Assembly: GCA_025558095.1 (NCBI GenBank)
Contig: JAIVFI010000025.1
Location: forward strand, 186,001-250,000
Direction: 5' to 3'
DNA length: 64,000 nt
Origin: Hyaloraphidium curvatum SAG 235-1
Lineage: Eukaryota > Fungi > Monoblepharomycota
Below, one piece after another: positions 54,716 through 64,000 of this stretch. The notes under the pieces are model-generated. The model saw only the letters and a program-made list of their open reading frames with translations, made no database searches and was not told the DNA's origin. Within the stretch, counting starts at the first letter, position 1, and each line of letters begins with the position of its first letter. A program made the position numbers and the translations under genes.

Positions 54716-57700
54716 ATGGTGGCGGCGCAGGGCTACGGCACGCCGGCTGCGGCACGGGCCGCGGGCGTCGTTGTTCCGGGGGCGGCGCCGGGGGTTGCCG
54801 ACGGCCCCGAGTTCCCCGACGTGGTCAGCAAGGGCCGGCTGTGGGTGCGCATCGTCGAGGCGCGCAGCCTGGCGCCGCGGCGCACCGCGGGGCCGCGCAG
54901 CCCGCTGCCGCACTCGCCGCCGGCGCGGTCGCCGCACTCGCCGCCCCACTCGGCCGCGCTGGCCGTGCCGGCGTCGCACACGCCGCCCGACCTCGCCATG
55001 CTGTCGTCGCCGCCGCGGCCGGTGCCGCTGCCCTCGCCGGCCCACGCCCCGCCGCCGCGCAGGGGCCACGCCCGCAAGCCGTCGGCCGTGCCCGCGCTGA
55101 GGCTGCAGGACCGCTTCCACCCGTACTGCGTCGTCGAGTTCGAGAAGAACGAGCTCATCACCCGCGAGGCGTACTACCTCGAGGAGCTGGTGGCCGCGCC
55201 CTCGGCACCCGACGCCCCGCGATCGCGCCGCCCCAGGCGCGGCAGCCGCCCCGATCACGTCCCCGGCGGCGCACCCGACGACGGCGACGACGGCATGGAC
55301 GGCCTCGAGTTCGACGAGGACCTCGACGCCAGGGAGGACGACGTGTTCTCGCGGACAGAAACGATCGCCCTGCGCGACGACGACGACGACGACCCGCCGC
55401 GGCGCCCGCTGCGCAGGGCGTCAAAGGCGCCCGCCAACGGGCGCCTGGCAGGCACGCCCAGCGGATCGGGCGCGAAGTTTACGCTCGGCGCGGCGGGGAG
55501 CTTCTCGGACGAGGAGTCGGACGGCGGCGAGTCGGACGGCGACGTGCCCATGCCGGAGCCCGAGCCCCCGGTGGCGCCGCAGGACACGTACTACGACGGC
55601 ATGTCGTACGGCTACGACGCAAACCGCATGGAGCCGGTGCTCGTGGCCGGGGCCACCGCCGCCGTTGGCGGGGGTGCAGCCCCGATGGACGTCGACGGCG
55701 AGCGGGCAAAGTCCCCGCCGCCGGACCCGCGGATCGCCAAACCGCCCACGGCGGAAACGCCCGCCGAGGCGGAGCCAGTGAAGCGCATCAACTCGTGGGG
55801 CTTTGGCGGCGGCCGCGGCTTCTTTGCCAGCATGTTTGGCGGCGGCGCCTCCTCGTCGAACGGTGCCCCCGGCGGCAATCCCAACGGCAGCGCCGTACCC
55901 TCGCCGCTGGCCCGCAGCGCCACCGGGGCGCCGCAGGTCCCTCCATCCAAGTTTCCCCCCAACTCTGGCGTCGCCTCGCCCGCCGGCATCCAGCGCACCA
56001 TCAGCGCCGTCAGCCTCCCCCTCCCCTACAACCCCAGCGCCTTCCCCTACCGGCAGCAGAAGCCCGACGACGGCGGCCCGCTGCACCGCGTGGGCTCGGG
56101 CTTCCTCAACGGCACGGGACCCAAGCTCGGCAAGGCCGCCGAGCGCGTCGGCGCGTGGACGCCCACCGCCGTCTCGGGCCGCTCCAACAGCCCCTCCTCC
56201 GTCTCCACCGCATCTGAGCCCGTCGGCGTCCCCCCGTCCTCCTCCTCCTCCGCCAACGGCGCCGCCAAGCCGACCCCCGGCATCGCGCCCCCCGGCGTCC
56301 CGCTGGAGCCCGCCGACCCCCCCGGCCCCGCCGTCTCCAACCCCATCTGGAAGCACGAGGCCACCTTCGACGTGCAGCGCACCGACGGCGACGTGACCAT
56401 CTCCATCTGGGACCGCGAGGGCGCCGGAAGGGAGGACGAGACGTTCCTGGGGATGCTCAAGATCCGGCTGCCGAGCCTGCACGGGAAGGTGCACGACAAC
56501 TGGTTCAGGCTGCTGCCGCGGCCGGAGGAGAACGGGCTCAAGGACGACGTGAGGGGGGAGCTGAGGGTGCAGATGTCGTGGAAGCCGCTCGAGGTTGGTA
56601 TCGCGGCACTTGCTTGTCGTTGGGCGGGGCGCGGGAAGCTAACTCCGCTCGTACGTCCAGCCGAAAACGGTCGGCTCGTCCGAGTTCGAGCTGCTCAAGG
56701 TGGTCGGCAAGGGCTCCTTCGGCAAGGTCCTCCAGGTCCGCAAGAAGGACACGAACCGCATCTACGCGATGAAGATCCTGCACAAGAAGGACATCATCGA
56801 GCGCCAGGAGATTGCGCACACGCTCTCGGAGCGCAACGTGCTGATCCAGGCCACCAGCCCCTTCCTCGTCGGCCTCAAGTTCTCTTTCCAGACCTCGGCC
56901 AAGCTGTACCTGGTCCTGGACTACATGAACGGGGGCGAGCTGTTTTACCACCTCCAGAAGGAGACGGCATTCAGCGAGGAGCGCGCCAAGTTCTACACGG
57001 CCGAGCTGGTGCTGGCGCTGGACCACCTGCACAAGTACAATGTGGTCTACAGGGACCTGAAGCCGGAAAACATCCTGCTCGACTCGAACGGGCACGTGGC
57101 GCTGACGGACTTCGGCCTGTGCAAGGAGAACGTGGCGTACGACGACACGACCAACACCGTGGGTTGCTTGTCGTGTTTGTGTGTGGAGCATTGTGCTGAC
57201 GCGACGATTTGCAGTTCTGCGGCACGGCCGAGTACCTTGCGCCCGAGGTGCTGACGGGCAAGGGGTACGGCAAGTCGGTCGACTGGTGGTCGCTCGGCAT
57301 CCTGTTCTACGGTGCGTTTCACCTTGAAGAGTCCTCCGTCGGTCGGTTCTCACTGTCGCTGACAGAAATGACGACGGGCCTGCCGCCCTTCTACTCGGAG
57401 AACGTGAACGTCATGTACAAGAAGATCCTGCACAACCAGCTCACGTTCCCGCCTGGATTCTCGGAAGCGGCGCAGTCGCTCGTTCGCGGGGTGGGCGGCG
57501 ACGCGTTTGACTTCCCCGGATCCGCCTAACCCCTTTCCCGCCCAGCTCCTCACCCGGGACCCGCGGCGGCGCCTCGGCGGCGGTCCCAACGACGCCGCCG
57601 ACATCAAGCGCCACCCGTACTTCGCGGACCTGGACTGGGTCAAGCTGCAGCGCAAGCAGCTTCGCCCCCCGTTCAAGCCCAAGGTGACCTCCGAGACGGA

Positions 57701-57854
57701 CACGAGCAACTTCGACCCGGCATTCACCGAGGGCATCCCCGTGGACTCGCTTCCCAACCGGGACGCGCCCATCTCGGAGACGCTGCAGCAGCATTTCCAG
57801 GGGTTCTCGTTCGTCGAGGACTCGCACCTGCTGCCGGCCGGCGGCGACGAGTGA
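54716..57854 (+). CDS. SCH9: AGC kinase of the Sch9/Ypk type with a split C2 domain
   Basis: C2 pieces [24 protein letters not shown] and [15 protein letters not shown]; kinase [19 protein letters not shown]|[11 protein letters not shown]; tail PPFKP..NFDPAFT..FQGFSF. Four introns. Sch9 versus Ypk1 not fully resolved. Confidence 0.85.
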
Positions 57855-58029
57855 CCGCCGGTCTGGGGGGGGAGAGGAACTGTGTACATAGCCTGGCACG
57901 ATGCCGGTCGGTGCGGGCACTGTTATTTTAGACGCCAAACTCTGTCGTACATAAAGCTGAATCGCCCGTCGATCGCACCTCGCAATGTCCGTCTGGTCTG
58001 CCCTCAAGTCAGCGGATCGCCACGCACGC

Positions 58030-59971
58030 TCAAGGTGAAAACCTGGGCCTCGGCGTGTCCTGCAACTCCTGGGGAGGCGCAACGCGGCCGTCGTCCGTCT
58101 CGTAGCCCTGCGCATCGGCGGGAACGTCCTCGCCGTTGTGCGCATCTTCCTCAGCCTGCACACCGTCCTCGCCCTCCTGCGCCTGCCCGTCGTACGTGTT
58201 CTGCAGGTCCGCCATGAGCTCCTCTTGCATCGACATGAGCACCGCGTTGTTCCTGCAACGGACCGCGAACCGTCAGGATCATCCCGGATCGTGGTGGATC
58301 GAGCACGCACTCCTTCTCCTGCCTCAGCTCGTCCGCCACCTCCTCGAACGCCTTCCTGAACTCGTCGTTGTTCTCGAGCATCTGCTGGTACATGGCCGCG
58401 TTGCCGAACCGCAGCAGCTTGGACTCGAGCACGGCGCGGTTGGCGTCGGCAAACAGGCGGTCCCAGGGGTGGTCGTCCGTCTGCGCGTCCGCTTCCGCGG
58501 TCTCGGCGCGGGACCGGGGCGTGTCGGGGTCCGAGGCGAGGGGCGTGCGGCTCTCGAGCGCCCTGACCCGTTCGTGGAGCTGGAATGCAGGGTGGGGCGT
58601 CAATCGGCCGCTGCCTCACGCAAAGTTGCATGCTCACCTGCTCGTTCTCGGCCAGCGCCTCGGCCAGCGCGGCCTGCAGCTCCTCCGCCCTGCACCTCTC
58701 CCCCACCAGGTCCTTCTGCGCCTTGAACTTCTCGATCTCCATCTCCATGTACCTGTCGTCCAGGTCCTCGATCACGGCCCGCAGCCGCGCCTCCTCGGCC
58801 GCGGCCTGGTCGGGGGAGATCCAGTCCTCGCGGGCCTGCAGCACGTCGATGACCTCGTAGGCGTCGCGGAGCTCCGCGCGGATGGCGGCGAGGGCCTCGA
58901 GGGTCTCGGGGTCGGCGGCCGGTGCGGCGGCGGCGGCGGCGGCGGCAGCAGCAGAGGCTTCCGCCGCGGCGGCGAGGTCCTCGGACAACCTGGCGACCTC
59001 GGCCTCGAGCTCCGCCGCGCGCTCCTCGGCTGCCGCACGGGCAGCGTCGGAACCGTCCTTCTCGGCCCGCAGCCGCCCCAGCTCCGCCTCGAGCCCGGCG
59101 ATCCTCGCCGCATGCGCCGCGATGAGCTCGTTCAGCGCGTCCGACGCGGGCGGGCTGCGCGGGGAGGGAGAAGCTGGCAGGCGGGAGGCGGCCTTGGGCG
59201 ACCTCCGGCGCGGGCCGAAGATGCCGTCCGCGACGGGGCCCGGGCGCGGGGCGGGGCTGCCGATTTCCTCGATGAGCATGGCGCCATCCTGCTTCGGGGG
59301 CGAGTCGGAGGGCGGGCCGGCGAGTCGGGGGAAGGCGGGGGCGGTGCCGGCGGAGAAGAGCTCGTCGAGGGTGACGAGGTCCCGCGGGGGCGAGTCGCGG
59401 GCCGTGCGGGCCGCGGGGGTCGGGGTGTGCTTGGCGGATGTCTGGAATGCGAGCAAAGGCAGATTGAATGCAGAGGCAGGCAGAGCGAGGGCGGCACTGA
59501 GTTAGAACGATTGGGTTGCCAGTTCCACTGCAGCGCATCCACCTTTGGAGTCTTGTCGTCCGGGCTGCGGGACTGCGACTTGTACACGCTAAAGTCGCGG
59601 CGGATCTTTGTAGCATGCACCGGTGCGGTCCTGCTGCGCAGGTTGTAGTCGCTGGGCACGGCCGTCGCCGACCCGGGGGGGCGTGCGACGGGCCTGGTCT
59701 GCGGCCGCTTCTGCACGGCGGTCTGCGGCCCGGCGGGTATGGCCGGCCTGGGAGCGTGCGCCGGCGTCGCCGCGGCCTTCTTTGCGTCCGGCGGGCGGGC
59801 GGTGCGCGGCGCGACGTTTGCCGAGTTGACGTTCGCCTGCAGCGGGCGCCGTGCGGACCCGCCCGGCCTGCCGCCCGACGCCTTCAGCTTCGCCTCTGCG
59901 CGGCTGCGGCGCCACTCGGCGAGCTGCTCCTCGCGGCTCCGCGGCGCGGCGACGGCGGCGTTCTCGTCCAT
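58030..59971 (-). CDS. Hypothetical coiled-coil protein with a basic disordered N-terminus
   Basis: MDENA..REEQLAEWRR, long heptad-rich segment, acidic tail; about three introns. Confidence 0.65.
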
Positions 59972-60221
59972 CGCGGCGGCGGCTGCCTCCCCGCTGCCCC
60001 TCCGCTGCCCCGTCCTCCGCGTGCGGCGCGCGCCCCGACGGCCTGCGAGTGCCGGCGGCCCGCGGAGGCGTCCCCTCAAAGCGCGGGGCGCTCCTGCTTT
60101 GGGGCTGCTTTGGCGGTTGGGCGCGCCGTTGTCGCGAGCTCTAACCGGGAAACGGTATCACGCCGGAAACAGTATCATCGGCACTCCTTAGGGACCGCGC
60201 CCGGCGTCCCCGAATCTCGCG

Positions 60222-62353
60222 ATGAAGCGCGGGCAGTCGCTGGCCGAGCTGCGCGAGGCGCAGGCTGCGAAACGCGCCGCCGCACGCGAGGCGCCGCCCG
60301 AGGACGCGCTGGCAAAGGCCGCGCGCGACGGCGTCACGTCGTTCAAGGGCCTCTTCGCGGGAGACGCGCCGCCCGCCGCTCAACGCCAAAACGGCCTGCC
60401 GCCGGCGCGCCCGTTCGCCTCGCTGGCAAGATCGGCAACCGTCGCCGCGCCCTCCCGCCCGCGCAGCTTCAACCCGTTCGACCAGCGGTCCACGGGGCCC
60501 GATGTGAACCCAGCCAGCTCGCGCAGCACGGACCCGTGGGCGATCCTAGACAGCCTGTCGAACCCGCCATACGAGGCCGCGGACGGGAATCACGAGGGTG
60601 CACGGGAGGCGGAACCCGGCCACGACCATGAGGAACGCGAGAATGCGCCTCCAGGGCCGCCTCCCCAGCACCGGGGCAAGGAGCTGTTGCGCAGTAAGGC
60701 GTTCGAGCGGACAAATTCCTGTCCGCCACTCTTTGCGGCCCTGAGCACCGGGGGTGCGGCGGACGGGTCGTCGCAGGCCGACGGACCGCGGAGGAACCAG
60801 TCGGTGGGGCGGCTCACCTCGGCGCTGAACCGGACCTCGGATCGCAGAGCGGTGCGTTTGCCAGTCGCATTCTGTGGCCTGCAGATCTCTGGAACCATTT
60901 CCGGCAGTCCTCGAGCACCGACTTTATGACCGCCCTCAAATCCATCGACGAGGAACGCGAAAAGGCCAAGGCCCTCCCTCTGCCGGTCCCCGAGGTGGTT
61001 CTCGCACCCACGTTCCCCACATTCTCGTCTCACGCGCACCTGCAGGTTATGACCGAGACATCGGTGCCGCCCTTCTGGCAGCTCTACCGCAAGGTCGTCG
61101 TCTCCTCCCCGAACCCCCTCATCGACCTCTTTGCCAAAGCCTCCTGGGCGCAGGAAGTCTCCTCCATGTCCTCCTTTGCCGGCGGTCCCTCCGCCGACGC
61201 TGCACCCGACGCGGGCGCGGCGATCCCGCCGTGCCTGCACTCGTGGGAGTTCCACGAGCGCCCCGGCCCCGCGTCGGCCGAGGTGCTCCGGCGCGCGTTC
61301 GGGATCGCGAGGGATGCGGCGGCGGTGCCGACGATGCGGGGGGAGGACAGGAAGGAGCTGGAGTGGTGGCTTGGGGTGGAGGAACGCTGGTGCGTGGCGG
61401 CGGTACTGCAACTGCGTGGTCAGACGCTGAACCCTCGCCGGCCTTGCAGGAAGGCCGCGTTCCAGTCCCTCTACGGCACGTACCGCTCGGGCGACACGCC
61501 CTACTTCTACTGCATCGGCGCCGATACCTGCGCGCTGTTCCTGGGCAAAGGCTACTCGCCGGCCAACGATCTTCAGGTCATCATGAGCAAGACGACGGCC
61601 GGGTTCCGGGAGAAGCTGGACGGGGAAGGTGGGTCGAAGCTCAACTCGTCCGAGATTCTCGGCTGAAGGTTTTCTTGCCCAGGCATCGTGTACGAGATCC
61701 TGAGGGACGCCACGGCGGGCCAGCCCGCTTCGTCGTCGACGGTCGCACCGGACGAAGCGCACGCCGAGCCGGAGCCCGAGGAAGACGGCGACGCGAGCGA
61801 CGACGAGGAGACCGCGGATCCCACCGCGACCATCGGCCCCAAGTTCCGCGCGCGGACCGGCACCCGCCTCGCCATCCGCTGCTCGGGCGCGCGCAACGTG
61901 CACTCGCTCTGCGACTTCCTCCTGAACTGGAAGGACCCGCAGCCCCAGCGCCGCGCGGAATACGGCACCCCGTGCCTCGTTTCCCCGCGGCTCTTCCTGC
62001 ACGCCTCGCTGCGCCGCGCGCAGCTCGCCGACCGGGGCGTCTCGCAGCGGCCCGTCCGCGAGGGCGCCGCGCGGACCCTGGCGGACCAGTACCAGGTGGA
62101 GCTGCTGGGGGCGCACATGCTGCCGACCGACCTGCGGGCGTGGATTGCGCGGCTGGTGGCGCTGGGTGTCGAGGCCGAGGTGCAGCTCGCGGACGTGGAC
62201 CCGTCGACGGAGGCGCTGTGCGCCGTCGCGGCGGAGGACGGGGGCAGGGCGGCGGACGCGGGGCAGTACCAGGCGGGGTGGAAGGTGCTCTCGCGCGTCG
62301 ATACCAGGGGCGGGCTGCTTGCGAGCAAATACCGGTCGCGGCGAGATTCGTAG
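60222..62353 (+). CDS. DONSON: DONSON replisome assembly factor homolog
   Basis: AFQSLYGTYRSGDTPYFYC..ALFLG..MSKTTAGFREKLDGE|GI; VHSLCDFLLN..PCLVSPRLFLHASL..VELLGAHMLP. Two introns. Confidence 0.85.
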
Positions 62354-62431
62354 ATGGTTGATCGGCGTCGCCGTAAACACACCCCAGAACTATCACCTAT
62401 ACCCATCGGTTCCGCCTGTGGACGCGCCAGA

Positions 62432-64000
62432 ATGGCGTCCGGCGTGAAGCGCAAGGCCGCAGAGGCGCCGATCTTCTCCTGCCCGACAATCATGAAGGTG
62501 CCTGGCTCCCGCAGCCTTCGCAATGCCGCTCGCTCAACCTCGCGTCCCCGCGAAGAAACGCGTCGGCACGCTCGAGGTCTTTGGCGACGGCATCGCGTGG
62601 ACCGAGGCGCCGGACGTGGGCGCTGCGCCGGCCATCGGCGCGGTGTTCGTGCCGTTCGAGCGCATCAAGAGCCAGGCCGTCAACGCGGCGACGTCGGCAA
62701 AGGTGCTCCTGCGCGTCAACCTCGCCGAGCGGCTGCCCGACGGCACCGACGCCTTGACCTTCAACTTCCCCGGCGGGCCCGAGGAGGCCGCCGAGGCGCG
62801 CGACGCGCTCAAGGAGGTGATCGGCGGCGCCCTCAAGCGCGCCGTCGCGCAGCCGCAGTTGTCGGCCGGCCCGCTGCCGACTGCGGAGGACCTCACGCTG
62901 CGGCGGGCGCTGCTCGAGGGGGACCGGGACCTGAAGCGGCTGCACCGCGAGCTGGTCGTCGAGGGCGCCGTGGCCGAGGAGGACTTTTGGGAGCTGCGAC
63001 AGGACCTACTGGCGGACTTCCGGCTGCAGCGAAACCAGCGCAAGGGAATCGCGCACGGCGCCGCGGCGGAGGCGCCGGTCAAGGCGTCCGGCCGCAGCAG
63101 CAAGGTCTCCTTGACGCCCGAGGCGATCCAGAAGATCTTTGCGCAGAACCCGGCCGTGTACCGGGCGTACCAGGAGAACGTGCCGGACAAGGTGTCGGAG
63201 AAGGATTTCTGGACGCGGTACCTTGCCGAGCAGATGCGCGATGATGGGCCTCTGGCAAAGAGTCACGACGCGTTGTTCGACAGCACGCTTCCTGCGGACG
63301 GTGGGCGTGGCCGTGGACTCTTCTTTTCGCGCGTGACCTCAGGGACGACAGACGGCGATCGCCCGCTGCCCCGCCCGAGCATGCCCTTTATCGACCTGGA
63401 AGCGACTGCGGAGGACAATGTCAAAGTGCGAATCGCACTACTCCGGCGTGGTTTGCTCGGCTAATGCTCGGCTCCAGGACTACCAATACGGCAACAAGCC
63501 CGACCCGACAATGGTCCCGGGTGCCAACGAAAGCCGAATGGACCTGCTGCGTCGCCTCAACAAGTACTCGTCCATGGTATTGGATCAGACCGTGTCGGCC
63601 GCGCGCGGTGCGGAAGGCAGGAAGGGCATCGTCGAAAAGGTCGGCGGCCTCTTGCGCCCCCATGTCGGTCGTGGTGCTGACGGGTAACGGACGTTCCAGG
63701 AGATTGTGATCGAGGACCTTGCCGGAGAGGATCTGCAGCGGGGAATGGAGCTCCGCGTCACGGACCAGGCGCGGTACTTCCCATCCCAAACGGACAGTGC
63801 CGGCCAGCCGACAGGCATGGTAAGGGCGTTGAGGGATGCGTCTCCCTGTTCTTACGCCTCTCCGTAGACCGTGGACGCGGACGACCTGGAAGCCTTCCTC
63901 CAAAACGCAACGCAGTACAACCCGGCTCCGCAACAGGTAGGGATCTTTGGGCAGGTGATGGCTGTTGATTAAATGCGGGGCGTGTTGCAGCTTGTTGTGG
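62432..64000 (+). CDS. TFB1: TFIIH subunit p62/Tfb1; 3' end runs off the window
   Basis: PH domain (IKSQAVNAATSAKVLLRV) and two BSD domains (LKRLHRELVVEGAVAEEDFW; LTPEAIQKIFAQNPAVYRAYQENVPDKVSEKDFWTRYL); IDLEAT..YGN..LLRRLNKYSSMVL. Confidence 0.92.

Noticed and set aside
60100-60170. E2F-like sites upstream of DONSON (TTTGGCGG at 60109)
   Set aside because: Short GC-rich motifs are expected by chance here; needs an enrichment test.
1-64000. tRNA, rRNA or snoRNA genes
   Set aside because: None recognisable by eye; tRNAscan-SE and Infernal are needed to exclude them.

Overview
GC-rich, gene-dense eukaryotic DNA with short (~50-90 nt) spliceosomal introns (mostly GT-AG, two GC-AG). A Zn2Cys6 factor, an Sch9-type kinase and Rsm22 point to a fungus. 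TLK, DONSON, PHIP/BRWD, SMARCAL1 and a class IV sirtuin point to an early-diverging lineage, possibly chytrid or monoblepharid (inference). About 30 protein-coding genes are supported; I could not support any rRNA, tRNA or CRISPR array. Most long ORFs in the track are antisense or out-of-frame shadows. Most notable observations: (1) a Tousled-like kinase with an in-frame Myb/SANT domain; (2) an atypical Arf GTPase fused to two His-motif helical domains, next to a tandem copy that carries a 625-bp frameshifting deletion; (3) a Sho1/LCI1-like four-TM gene split inside an exon by a ~2.15-kb insertion that carries foreign gene fragments; (4) a SMARCAL1 with an N-terminal GRF zinc finger; (5) a glycosyltransferase-methyltransferase fusion; (6) several replication-fork/chromatin genes within ~40 kb. 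Family assignments come from recognising motifs by eye, not from database searches. Exon boundaries are manual.
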